From: Candidatus Poribacteria bacterium
GTDB taxonomy: Bacteria > Poribacteria > WGA-4E > PCPOR2b
Reading direction: 5' to 3'
NCBI GenBank assembly: GCA_965208325.1
Contig: OZ242326.1
Location: 1,408,001 to 1,472,000, forward strand
Length of the DNA stretch: 64,000 nt
Each line of letters opens with the position of its first letter. Within the stretch, counting starts at the first letter, position 1. The notes beneath the pieces are model-generated. The model did not search any database. It was not told the DNA's origin and saw only the letters and a list, made by a program, of their open reading frames with translations. Made by a program: the position numbers and the translations under genes. Positions 40,525-52,408 of the stretch are shown in pieces.

Positions 40525-40867
40525 TTTTGCTCCTTCAAATCATTAAAGCGGCTACAACTCCGCGATATTATATATACATCTAAAAATAAATGCAAGCACA
40601 TAGGGCGATGCGCTGTTCCATGGGAAAAAGACTGAATTCCGATGCTTCGGCTGGCTGTGGCAGCGGTTACGGGGAGGTTTTTCGCCACTCAAATGCGGCG
40701 AAGCAGGGACGAAAAGACAGGATACAATGAGCCAATCGGTGTATGGGCAACTCATCCCTCTCAACCCACCGCTACCCATGTTGAATTATTGATTGTATTC
40801 TTAAAACTATGATAAAATAGAAGCGATTGACCATCCCAATCAAATTTAGGATAGGAAGGAGATATCC

Positions 40868-41503
40868 ATGACGACTTCCAATGTGCCGCAGATAAAGCAG
40901 ATTAAAGCGAAAGCATCGGTCTGCACCGATTGCGGGCTGTCCGAGACCCGCACACAAGTTGTGTTTGGCGAAGGAAACGCCGACGCGGCACTAACATTGG
41001 TTGGCGAGGGGCCTGGCGATCAAGAAGATAGGCGTGGACGGCCATTCGTCGGCAAGGCGGGGAAGCTACTCGATGAAGTCATGGGGGACGCTCAAATCAG
41101 AAGGGCGGACATCTGGCTCACCAATGTCATCAAATGCCGCGCCTGCGTCACGGAAGACGGTTTCACGCGGAACCGTCCGCCAAAGATGGAGGAGATAAAA
41201 GCCTGCCATCAATGGCTGGATTCAGAACTGAACTTAATTCAGCCGGCTGTGATTGTTTGTATCGGTGCGCCAGCCGCGAACCGGCTGATTCATAGGAATT
41301 TCAAGATGACTCAAGAACGCGGGCGTTGGTTCACGGATACCCAATACGCGCCGTTCGCCATTGCCGCGCTGCATCCAGCATATATCCTGCGCCTTCACGG
41401 CAACGACTTCACCGCCGCCCGCCGATACCTCGTGGAAGATCTCATTGAGGCGCGAGAGAAGGCGGAGGACGCGCCGCAACGCCAACAGTTAACGCTGTTT
41501 TGA
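40868..41503 (+). CDS. Uracil-DNA glycosylase, family 4 (Fe-S)
   Basis: CTDCGL, VGEGPG, GRPFVGKAG, TNVIKC, NRPP, HPAYILR. Confidence 0.93.
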   Translation: MTTSNVPQIKQIKAKASVCTDCGLSETRTQVVFGEGNADAALTLVGEGPGDQEDRRGRPFVGKAGKLLDEVMGDAQIRRADIWLTNVIKCRACVTEDGFTRNRPPKMEEIKACHQWLDSELNLIQPAVIVCIGAPAANRLIHRNFKMTQERGRWFTDTQYAPFAIAALHPAYILRLHGNDFTAARRYLVEDLIEAREKAEDAPQRQQLTLF

Positions 41504-41673
41504 GAATCCCGCGCTCGTCGGCGGTTTAACGTAGTCTTCACAATCCCAACCGTTTACAGCAAAGTGCGGTTTGAGGAATACGTCCTATCCTATCGCCATG
41601 TCGGGATTTACAGAACACAAGCGAATTGCAAGCGCGTTTCTGATATACCTCGTCGTTGTATTATCATAAATTT

Positions 41674-43715
<2,042 letters not shown>

Positions 43716-43737
43716 CAGGTTTTGGGAGCATGATAAA

Positions 43738-44778
43738 TTGCCAGAAAACACGCCGTTGTACCCGTTAAAATTCGAGCCAATCTACAAGGAAAAGGTCTGG
43801 GGCGGAAGAGGGTTAGAAAAGCTTGGGCGAAAACTTCCGGGAAGTGCGAGCACACGTATCGGCGAATCGTGGGAGGTGGCTGATCTCGGTGTAAGCTCAC
43901 CCTCTGGGGGCGGCGGCTATGCACGCTCTATTGTAAACAACGGTCAATTTCTCGGCACTTCGTTGCACGAACTCATCGCGCGATACGGCGAGAGACTTCT
44001 GGGGCGGTTGTCGCCCGGCGTCTCGGGCAATTTCCCATATTTGTTCAAATACATCGACATTCACGAGAACGTGTCTGTGCAGGTACATCCCACTTCTGCA
44101 TATGTCCGCAGCCACCCTAAAGCATGCGTAAAACATGAAGCGTGGTACATCGTGGATGCAAAACCGGGAGCGGTCGTCTATAAAGGTGTCCGCGAAGGCG
44201 TGACGCCCCGGCAGTTTCGCGGCGCCATCGCATCCGGAACGGTTCAAGAGGTTGAAGCAACGCTGATTAAAGTGCCGGCGAAGCGCGGCGGCTGCCACTA
44301 CCTGCCGAGCGGCACCTGCCATGCGGCTGGTGCGGGCGTGCTATTAGCCGAAATTCAGAACGCCAGCGACACGACGTTCCGCGTGTACGATTGGGGCCGA
44401 ACAGACCGCGATCTGCATATTGAGCAGGCGATGCAGTGTATCGAGTTCGGCCCGCCCGACGTTAGCCAATACGAAAAGCGGCTAACTAGACCTAACCGGA
44501 TTGGCGACGCTGCACAACTGCTTGCGTGCGAACACTTTCGTATTCATAAGGTTCACGCAACCAGAAACGCGGCGCGGGAATTGGCATTCAATCAAATCTC
44601 CGTCTGGATGGTGCTTGAGGGCAGCGGACAAATCGACCCTAACAACGGCGCCGCGCCTGTCGAGTTCTCGCGGGGCGAAACACTCTTTTTTCCGGCAAGT
44701 CTTTTGAATGTTCAGATCGAGATATTTCAAGATGCGGTCTGGCTTGAAGTTACCTTTCCATCAACTTCAGCGGCATGA
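43738..44778 (+). CDS. Type I mannose-6-phosphate isomerase (cupin)
   Basis: KVWGG, GESWE, FPYLFKYID, SVQVHP, EAWY, GTCHA, EIQNASDTTFRVYDW; TTG start after GGGAG is inferred. Confidence 0.88.
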   Translation: MPENTPLYPLKFEPIYKEKVWGGRGLEKLGRKLPGSASTRIGESWEVADLGVSSPSGGGGYARSIVNNGQFLGTSLHELIARYGERLLGRLSPGVSGNFPYLFKYIDIHENVSVQVHPTSAYVRSHPKACVKHEAWYIVDAKPGAVVYKGVREGVTPRQFRGAIASGTVQEVEATLIKVPAKRGGCHYLPSGTCHAAGAGVLLAEIQNASDTTFRVYDWGRTDRDLHIEQAMQCIEFGPPDVSQYEKRLTRPNRIGDAAQLLACEHFRIHKVHATRNAARELAFNQISVWMVLEGSGQIDPNNGAAPVEFSRGETLFFPASLLNVQIEIFQDAVWLEVTFPSTSAA

Positions 44779-44928
44779 TATTGACTTAAAAAGTAATTTA
44801 ATCTTCCGTTCAACAGACAATTCTGGATAATTCTTGGCGGTTTCGACGTTGATTGTTGATGGATGACCGTGTACAGTCTATTCCCGAGGTTGCCTTCAGC
44901 ATTAAATCCAGATGAAGGAGGGCTAACA

Positions 44929-45672
44929 TTGACAGAACAACAAAAATATCTTTTTGATTTACAGGGGTACATCGTATTGAAAGATGTGGTACCGTTAAAC
45001 ATCGTGGAGGCGTGCAACCGCGTGCTGGATCGATTTGAAAATATGCCTCCGGAGGAATTTCCGACTCCTCTCGTTTTGGGAACGCCAAAAACAGAGAAAG
45101 AGCTTTACATCTCAAATATCCTTGAGAGCGACCCGGCTTTTATTCCGCTAATTGACATCCCCGAAGTACTGTCCATTATCGAAGGCGTTACCGGCGGCGA
45201 GTACCGCCTGAATCATACCTATACCATCTACAGATGGAAAGATGGATATACACCGATGCATATGCACGCCACGCCGATTATCTCCAAATGCCAATACCAC
45301 TGCCGCAACGGTCAGATGGTTTCTACCTTAACCAAAGCAGTGTTTCCAATGATTGATTGCCATGTTGAGGACGGTAGCTTCGCAGCTATCCCGGGCGCGC
45401 ACAAGAGCAATTTTCCGAGGCCGTGGGGCGAGCATCCGGACGAAAATCCGGTTTTGACGCCGATACCCGCAAATGCGGGCGATGCTATCATTTTTACGGA
45501 AGCCTTAACACACGGCTCAGTGATGAACAAGTCAGGCCGCCGAAGGCGAACTGTTTATTTTTGTTACAGCATCGGTTACATGCCTGACTGGGGCGGACAA
45601 GGGCTGGTCTTTAGCGACCGGGTCATGGAGTCCCTAAACGCGGCACAGCAGGAGATTATTCGGTTGAAGTAG
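44929..45672 (+). CDS. Phytanoyl-CoA dioxygenase (PhyH) family protein
   Basis: FDLQGYIVL, IPGAHK, AGDAIIFTEALTHGS, RRT; TTG start after AAGGAGG. Confidence 0.85.
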   Translation: MTEQQKYLFDLQGYIVLKDVVPLNIVEACNRVLDRFENMPPEEFPTPLVLGTPKTEKELYISNILESDPAFIPLIDIPEVLSIIEGVTGGEYRLNHTYTIYRWKDGYTPMHMHATPIISKCQYHCRNGQMVSTLTKAVFPMIDCHVEDGSFAAIPGAHKSNFPRPWGEHPDENPVLTPIPANAGDAIIFTEALTHGSVMNKSGRRRRTVYFCYSIGYMPDWGGQGLVFSDRVMESLNAAQQEIIRLK

Positions 45673-45771
45673 GTATCTTCAATCAGACAATCAGTAGGCG
45701 GGCGTAACGCACGATTAGACGGCGCACGGCGGACATAAGGCACGACTAGAACGAAACTAGAGGCTACGAAC

Positions 45772-47808
45772 ATGGCAGAAATTTCATCGGTCAAGGCGCG
45801 TGTGTGGATGAGCTACGTGAACGTAGTCAACGGCGTGGACGAAGACTTCCGTGACATGAATGCCCACGGTATCGAAGGCGTGGAGATTAACATGTATCCT
45901 GCGATATGGGTGGGCGACGAAATTGACCTGAATCAGGCGTTAGCATGCGCCCGAAAATACGACATGAAGCTCGCATTTACGATCGAGAACATCACGCTTC
46001 GTGCGGACCGCGTCGCTGCACATGGCATTACGCCAACACCGTGCGTTATGATTGGCGGCGCCTATCATGGAAAAGCAATCGACTGGAATCGGTTCTCCTT
46101 CGCACCTGAACGGCAGGAAATAACGATTGAGAAGCCTGTTTTCGGCAGCGATTGGACGCTCGGAAACGGCAGTTACTACGCCGAACTATTGCCGCCGCAT
46201 CATGCGGAGGCCGTCGTCAAGGAGAAGGATTACGACGGCCGCCAACACTTGGCAATAATTCCTGCGTCGATTGAGGTTGATGGCGAGCACACCTATCGTA
46301 TGCAGTTTGATCTATCCGGCACACGGGGTGATCTTGACAATGTCATGCTAGCAGTCTATTGGCGAATGCGCGGCCCCATTTTCGAGCAGCCGCAGCCTGC
46401 AAACTATTTCGGCAACGCGGCAAGTCCCCACGCGGCTGGTACCGCCGAAGGGCTTCGCGCACAGCTTAGATACGAGATTGGGAGGTGGGCGGAGGCAAAC
46501 GGCGGCGAATTTCCCGCCGATATTGTTATGGGAGTGCGTATCGGCGACGAGGATTTTTTGCAGACGGTGCCGAACGGTCCCGCGAATCCAGCGCAGTCGA
46601 TGCCGCTATGGGACTATTCAGACGATGCCATTTCTGCCTTCAAACGACTGAATCCCGTCGACACCTATCCGCGGCATTGGACGTATCGTGAGGCGTTCGG
46701 CGCGCGTGCTTATGCCGATTGGATGTGGTCTTGCCACGGCGCCTGTGCAAATCTTCTGCGAACTGCGAAGGATACGCTGCGCCAAGAAGGTCTCGAGTCG
46801 CTAAGAATTTATCGGAATCTTACACGCTGCAACATCTTCTACGTAGGAAACGACCACGGCGGCATGGGGCTCGACATGTGCGCGCGCGAGATGGACATTG
46901 TTTCCGCAGACCCCTACCCAGCCTCGGACCGCGGTTACAACGACAGTTCAATACCGCGGGATATGAGTTACGTCGCCGGTCTTGCCCGCCGGCATGGGAA
47001 AGAGCTAATGCCGTGGATGCAGGGCCATGAAATTCAACACCCGTCAGTGGTGCATCTCAACCGGCTCTATGAGCAGCACGTTGCACAAGCGCCGACGCGA
47101 ATAATGTATTTGGGCTATGGAAACCATGAGCGCCCTCCAAAAGGCACCGCTGCCACCTTTCCGGGCGGGAACCCGGACTCATGGGAGGAATCCCGCCGGC
47201 TGAACAACCAGTTCCGCCAACGCGCCGCAAGAAATGTTACCGCGCGCGTTGCAGCCGTGCGCGATTATCATGTGTGGAGCCTTAACGCGTTCGGTGAAGT
47301 GGACTGCCTTGACCGGCTATTCACGGACATTCTCGGTGAAATATCCGATCCGCACGGCACGCCGTTCGACCCGATCGAGGTTCGTTCGCTTGACGCGCTC
47401 GATTGGGTAGAACTTGCGCATTACAGTATCGTGGTTGCCGCTCTGCCGCACAAGGTGCCCCCGCATTGCTGGCGCCGATTTGCGGAATTGCCCGGCAAGT
47501 GCGTATTGCTTGCTTCCGACTGTGAAACGCTCACGGAGGATGAAGCAACGACCGGTGTCCGTTCTTCAGGTGAGATTTCGCATGGTGGGGAGGTCTCGAC
47601 GATTGACGGGGTTTGCCTGCCGAGCTTGTACGTCCGTCCCGTTGAGGTCAGCCCCGACGTGCACAACCTCGGAGAATACGGCGGTAAGACTTGCATTTGG
47701 CGGGTAGGCTCCATCCTCTTTTCCAGCGGACGGATACGGCGCGAGGCGGTGCCGCAATTCGTTGAATGGCTGGGCGCGTGTGAGTGCCCCGAGTTAATCG
47801 ACGGTTAA
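45772..47808 (+). CDS. Hypothetical protein, possible glycoside hydrolase-like TIM barrel
   Basis: 678-aa ORF; GVRIGDE, WDYSDDAISAF, DIVSADPYP and PWMQG resemble GH42-like catalytic-domain segments. Confidence 0.5.
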   Translation: MAEISSVKARVWMSYVNVVNGVDEDFRDMNAHGIEGVEINMYPAIWVGDEIDLNQALACARKYDMKLAFTIENITLRADRVAAHGITPTPCVMIGGAYHGKAIDWNRFSFAPERQEITIEKPVFGSDWTLGNGSYYAELLPPHHAEAVVKEKDYDGRQHLAIIPASIEVDGEHTYRMQFDLSGTRGDLDNVMLAVYWRMRGPIFEQPQPANYFGNAASPHAAGTAEGLRAQLRYEIGRWAEANGGEFPADIVMGVRIGDEDFLQTVPNGPANPAQSMPLWDYSDDAISAFKRLNPVDTYPRHWTYREAFGARAYADWMWSCHGACANLLRTAKDTLRQEGLESLRIYRNLTRCNIFYVGNDHGGMGLDMCAREMDIVSADPYPASDRGYNDSSIPRDMSYVAGLARRHGKELMPWMQGHEIQHPSVVHLNRLYEQHVAQAPTRIMYLGYGNHERPPKGTAATFPGGNPDSWEESRRLNNQFRQRAARNVTARVAAVRDYHVWSLNAFGEVDCLDRLFTDILGEISDPHGTPFDPIEVRSLDALDWVELAHYSIVVAALPHKVPPHCWRRFAELPGKCVLLASDCETLTEDEATTGVRSSGEISHGGEVSTIDGVCLPSLYVRPVEVSPDVHNLGEYGGKTCIWRVGSILFSSGRIRREAVPQFVEWLGACECPELIDG

Positions 47809-47830
47809 AACCGAAGCAATATCACTCCGA

Positions 47831-49306
47831 TCAGACACCCTTAATTGCATATTCCTCCATCTTGGAATGCAGGGTGTTTCGATTGATTCCGAGGAGTTCC
47901 GCTGCCTTGCTGCGATTCCAACCTGTCCGCTCAAGAACAATTTTAAATAACGCCTTCTCAAAACCAGCGCGAATCTCCGTGTAGAGCAAGCCATCAGTTC
48001 TTTCGGACTCAATGTACTCGTCAACGCGTTCCGTAATCATGGCTTTTAACTGTGTGCCGTAGCTTGTGTCCGCATTGGCATCGGAAGAAGCCTTAACCGT
48101 GACGAGCTGGGGAAAATGTTCCGGTAGAAGTACGTGACCCGAGCACATCACTAATGCGCGCTTGAGCGTATTTTCCAATTCTCGCACGTTCCCGGGCCAA
48201 TCGTAATTCACTAGCATTTCAAATGCTTCAGGAGAGATTGACGCTTCCGGAAGATTATACTCCCCGGCAAAGCGGCGAATAAACGAATCGATAAGATCCC
48301 GAATATCCTGTTTCCGCTCGCGCAGCGGGGGCAGATAGATTGGGACAACATTGAGCCGATAGTACAAATCTTCACGAAATGCGCCTTTTTGGATAGCTAA
48401 ATCGAGCTGCCGGTTGGTCGCAGCGATAACCCGCACGTCAACGTGACTCGACACATTTGACCCAACTGGCTCAACCTCGCGTTCCTGTAGCACACGCAAT
48501 AATTTCATCTGCACTTCTGTAGGCAGCTCGCCCACCTCATCCAGAAAGATTGTCCCACCATGAGCTTGTTTAAACTTGCCTTGCCGGTCTGCATCCGCCC
48601 CAGTGAATGCGCCCCTGACATGCCCGAACAGCGTGCTTTCGATTAAGCCCGGCGGAACCGCGCTGCAATCGACCACAACAAAGGATGCCTCTGCTCTCCT
48701 GCTGTTCTGGTGGATTGCGCGGGCAACCAACTCCTTCCCGGTTCCACTCTCACCCATGATAAGCATGGTTTCATCAAGCATCGCGGCGCGTCCTATGATT
48801 TGAAAAACCACATGCATCGCGGGACTTTCACCCACAATTTGAAATCTTGCGTCCTCTTCGGAAGACGATGCGGCGGCTGTATCGGTATTCAGAGTGCGTT
48901 CCTGATTGGATTTTAAACCTGCGAGTGTCCGCTTTGCTTGATTAGCGGCATATGCAGCTCGAGCAACGAGATCGGTTACGGCTATGATGTCAAAAGGCTT
49001 TGTGATATAGTCGTAGGTGCGCCGTTTGGCGGCTTCGATGGCGATTTGCGTCGTGCCATGCGCAGTAACAATTATAATCGAGACTGTGGAGTTTATTTCT
49101 TGAATCGTCTCAATCAGATCCAGCCCGTTAGTATCAGGCATGAAGATATCAAGCAGTATCACGTCAATCGGTTTTGTCCGCAGCAGGTCAACTGTCTCGC
49201 GGCCGTTGCGCGCACAGAATATGCGGTAACCCTCTTTCTTTAGGGCTTTCGTCAGTACGAAACGAATGCTTTCGTCATCGTCAGCGATGAGAATTGAGTA
49301 ATTCAT
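47831..49306 (-). CDS. Sigma54-dependent response regulator (NtrC family)
   Basis: Receiver ILIADDD/LLDIFMP; GESGTGKE, GAFTGA, FLDEVGE, YYRLNV, WPGNVREL; Fis-type HTH. Confidence 0.95.
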   Translation of the reverse strand: MNYSILIADDDESIRFVLTKALKKEGYRIFCARNGRETVDLLRTKPIDVILLDIFMPDTNGLDLIETIQEINSTVSIIIVTAHGTTQIAIEAAKRRTYDYITKPFDIIAVTDLVARAAYAANQAKRTLAGLKSNQERTLNTDTAAASSSEEDARFQIVGESPAMHVVFQIIGRAAMLDETMLIMGESGTGKELVARAIHQNSRRAEASFVVVDCSAVPPGLIESTLFGHVRGAFTGADADRQGKFKQAHGGTIFLDEVGELPTEVQMKLLRVLQEREVEPVGSNVSSHVDVRVIAATNRQLDLAIQKGAFREDLYYRLNVVPIYLPPLRERKQDIRDLIDSFIRRFAGEYNLPEASISPEAFEMLVNYDWPGNVRELENTLKRALVMCSGHVLLPEHFPQLVTVKASSDANADTSYGTQLKAMITERVDEYIESERTDGLLYTEIRAGFEKALFKIVLERTGWNRSKAAELLGINRNTLHSKMEEYAIKGV

Positions 49307-49378
49307 GGGTATTCACATTTGGAGCACGTATTTGCGTTAGGCAATCCGTGCCAATCTTGAGATTCGAGCGTTCGGGTT

Positions 49379-50947
49379 TCAGATTGGGAGTGTAATTATG
49401 AAAGCCGTACCTTGGGTTAGCGCGGCATCGACTTCAACAGTGCCGCCGTGTTCTTCAATAACCTCGCGGCAAATCGCCAGTCCAAGCCCTGTTCCTTTGT
49501 GCTTCGTGGTAAAAAACGGATCGAACAGATGCGGCACGATATCCGGGGAGATTCCGGCGCCCGTGTCCTGAACACGAATCTGAACTGTCCTTTTGTCTGC
49601 CGCTTCCGTTCCGCTCGGAGGCTGCTTTGAGCGGGCATCAGCGCCAGCGTCATCACTTTGGGTTTGGATTGTCAACACACCGCCTTTTTCCATGGATTCG
49701 ATTGCGTTCCGGAACAGATTCAGTAACACTTGCGTCAACCTATCCGCATCGACGGCGACGGGCGGACAGCTGTCCCAACGGCTGTATTGGACACGAATCC
49801 GGTTTTGATCGAAATCAGGTTGACAGATGGACAGGCCATTTTCGATAATCTCGTAAAGATTGTGCAGCTTAAAATTCGTGGGGTGCCCCTTGCCAAAGGT
49901 GAGCAACTGTTCAATAACGCCATTGAGGCGGTCCACCTCTTTAATGATGACGTCGATACACGCTTTAGTTTCAGGATTCGATTCACTTTCGAGTTCGAGG
50001 AGTTGCGCCGCCCCGCGAATGCCGCCAAGCGGATTCCTAACCTCGTGGGCGACAGTTGTGGCGAGCTTGCCGAGTGTTGCAAGCCGTTCGGATTGGACGA
50101 ACGAATCAATCATCTCCTGAATCTTAACGCGTTGGCCCAAAATTGAAGCGATGATTGTCAAAATGCGAAGGTCATCTTGAGCAGAGAATTCATCTGAAGC
50201 CTTGTCGACTGTTAGTGTCGCTGCCACCTGTTCATCAACGATGACCGGGATACACCAAAAAGCAATTGAATCTTTAGACTGAACCGAAGTCGCATCGGGA
50301 AGGTCGAGTTGTTGAAGCGGTTTGCGCGTATGCGGGACGCCAATTGCCTGTCCGGAATCCAAAACTTTCCGCTGAATTTCGTGGATTTGACTGTCTGTTC
50401 CGCGCTGCAGTTCTGCTTTCGTCAATCCGAATACGGCGCCCATCGTTCTTGTTCGTTTACCATCGTGCCAGATTCTCAGCGTGCCGCGATACACTCCCAT
50501 ACGGTGTGTGAGGATTTTCATGATTTCTTGGAAAAGTTCGTCCAGTTCTAAAGCAGAATTTGCAGCTTTGCCGACTTCAAACAGCGTAGCGAGGTCACGT
50601 ACCCGACTGCCTAAGTTTTGAAGTTGCTCTTCGTTTGTGTCTCGCTTTAATTCGGACAATCGTAGTGTACGAGTGATCGCCAGCGCAATGAAGGGATACA
50701 CCGTGGCAACAACCGTCGTTACTCCGGCAACGTACATCTGATCATAAAACAGGACGATATACAGCCAATTTGCAAATGTTGTTAAAGCAACTAGCACCGC
50801 TTGCCCGATCCGTCCGCTATATTTTCCCGCAAGGACTATGATTCCGTAGTAGATGTGCATCACAATTTCGTAGCCTTGCGGATAATTTGAATTGTATGTA
50901 AAGAGATTGATGAGTACAACAAGGGTTGCGAGGAAGGTTGTGTTCAT
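49379..50947 (-). CDS. Membrane sensor histidine kinase with a GAF domain (NtrB-like transmitter)
   Basis: N-terminal TMs, GAF, AHEVRNPL, QVLLNLFRNA, DTGAG, FDPFFTTK, GTGLGL. Confidence 0.93.
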   Translation of the reverse strand: MNTTFLATLVVLINLFTYNSNYPQGYEIVMHIYYGIIVLAGKYSGRIGQAVLVALTTFANWLYIVLFYDQMYVAGVTTVVATVYPFIALAITRTLRLSELKRDTNEEQLQNLGSRVRDLATLFEVGKAANSALELDELFQEIMKILTHRMGVYRGTLRIWHDGKRTRTMGAVFGLTKAELQRGTDSQIHEIQRKVLDSGQAIGVPHTRKPLQQLDLPDATSVQSKDSIAFWCIPVIVDEQVAATLTVDKASDEFSAQDDLRILTIIASILGQRVKIQEMIDSFVQSERLATLGKLATTVAHEVRNPLGGIRGAAQLLELESESNPETKACIDVIIKEVDRLNGVIEQLLTFGKGHPTNFKLHNLYEIIENGLSICQPDFDQNRIRVQYSRWDSCPPVAVDADRLTQVLLNLFRNAIESMEKGGVLTIQTQSDDAGADARSKQPPSGTEAADKRTVQIRVQDTGAGISPDIVPHLFDPFFTTKHKGTGLGLAICREVIEEHGGTVEVDAALTQGTAFIITLPI

Positions 50948-50959
50948 GGCCGGGCGAGA

Positions 50960-51562
50960 TTAATTCCGCAAAAAATTATCGAGCATCTTGAGTCCGATGC
51001 GGCCGCTTTTTTCCAGATGGAATTGTGTCGCAATGAGGTTCTCGTGGGCGACAACACTGCAAAATTCAACGCTGTACGTCGTTTTGCCAATTATGTGAGA
51101 TGAAATCCGGGGAATCGGATAGTACGAATTTACAAAATAGAAGTGCGCGGGATTCGGGACATCGTGAAAAAAAGGGTGCGATTGGGTCTGATTCACTTCA
51201 TTCCAGCCAATCTGCGGCACTTTTAAAATGCGGTCTGCTTCAAATTTTTTTACAACACCTGGTAAAATGCCGAGGCACTCGGTATTTTCTTCTTCGCTGT
51301 GATCGAACAGAATTTGGATGCCGATACATATTCCCAGCATAGGTTTGCCGGCATTATAAACCTGCTTCAATATCTCCGAGAGCCCTCCCGCCTTCAGGTT
51401 GTCCATGGTTGCCCGTGCTGCCCCGACACCGGGGAAAATTACCTTTTCGGCAGACAGAATGGTATCGGAATCCGCCGTAATCACTCCATCGTAGCCTAAG
51501 TATGCCACGGCTCGTTCAACGCTTGTCAAGTTGCCTGCGCCGTAGTCGATAATTGCAATCAT
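50960..51562 (-). CDS. hisH: Imidazole glycerol phosphate synthase, glutaminase subunit
   Basis: IIDYGAGNL, FPGVG, LGICIG, VPQIGWN, QFHLEKSG. Confidence 0.95.
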   Translation of the reverse strand: MIAIIDYGAGNLTSVERAVAYLGYDGVITADSDTILSAEKVIFPGVGAARATMDNLKAGGLSEILKQVYNAGKPMLGICIGIQILFDHSEEENTECLGILPGVVKKFEADRILKVPQIGWNEVNQTQSHPFFHDVPNPAHFYFVNSYYPIPRISSHIIGKTTYSVEFCSVVAHENLIATQFHLEKSGRIGLKMLDNFLRN

Positions 51563-51598
51563 GGTCAACACACGTTTATGGTACGTTCGTTTGAAAAA

Positions 51599-52408
51599 TT
51601 AAAAATGGCCCGTTGAAGTGGTGTTGAAGGGTGAAAATAAGTCCGAACTGTCCATTTGTCCAAACGCCGTCTTCATTCGAAAAATGTACAATTCCTTCTC
51701 CTCATCACCGTGATAGGGAACGGCAAAATTCAGCGTATTGTCTTTAACATCGGGGTACTGATTTGGGTTCAGGATGTTTCCACCCGCCTTTACTTCGGTC
51801 ATCACTCGGAATCGTAGTTTAACCGATGCGTTTTCCACATTTCTTGTCTTACTGAAGGTCTCTTGCTCGCTGAACAGATTCAGCAGTTTTTGTTTCATCG
51901 AAGCTGAGATCGATATCCCAAGTTCATCAAGCCGTTCTTCCAACGCTTGACCGAATGACTCAGATATTAGGGTTGTAACAGGTACCGTCTCAAAGAATTT
52001 TCCGTGGCCTAAGCAAACTTTCACGTTTGTTCCGCTTCTGCCACGAATCAAGTAAAATACTTGCCGAATGGGTAAGGAAAGTATGTCGTCGCCCGTTTGA
52101 AGCATCTGTGTCCGGATGATGTTTTCTGCCCCTTCAATCAATTCTTGGACATCTTTTTCACCCGTCGGAATTGTCGAGTTGAAAGAGGAAACTGAATAGC
52201 TGTTGTTATCTTTTAATTCTATCAACTCTCCACCGTCAAAAATTGGGTCATTTTGATTGAGCTTTATAGCCAAATCGGGGAACTTTCCTTTGTTGATACA
52301 AGCGAGCATATCCTCATCGAATGGAAAAGTATCAAGCGGATTTTGGGATGTGAATTTATCTCTTTTTACACATAGGTCGGCGAAGTAGTGGTAAATTGAA
52401 CTAGCCAT
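51599..52408 (-). CDS. Putative type II restriction endonuclease (PD-(D/E)xK), C-terminus possibly frameshifted
   Basis: FPDLAIK...ELIELKD motif; abuts the DNA methyltransferase with no gap; AT-richer than its flanks. Confidence 0.55.
   Translation of the reverse strand: MASSIYHYFADLCVKRDKFTSQNPLDTFPFDEDMLACINKGKFPDLAIKLNQNDPIFDGGELIELKDNNSYSVSSFNSTIPTGEKDVQELIEGAENIIRTQMLQTGDDILSLPIRQVFYLIRGRSGTNVKVCLGHGKFFETVPVTTLISESFGQALEERLDELGISISASMKQKLLNLFSEQETFSKTRNVENASVKLRFRVMTEVKAGGNILNPNQYPDVKDNTLNFAVPYHGDEEKELYIFRMKTAFGQMDSSDLFSPFNTTSTGHF

Noticed and set aside
40868..41503. Possible UdgX (covalent uracil-binding UDG)
   Set aside because: It lacks the KRRIH loop; the insert reads RACVTEDGFTRNRPP, so it is treated as an ordinary family 4 enzyme.
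49338..49356. Sigma54-like TTGGCACGGATTGC between the kinase and regulator genes (minus strand)
   Set aside because: GG and GC are 8 nt apart, not the 10 nt required for a -24/-12 promoter.
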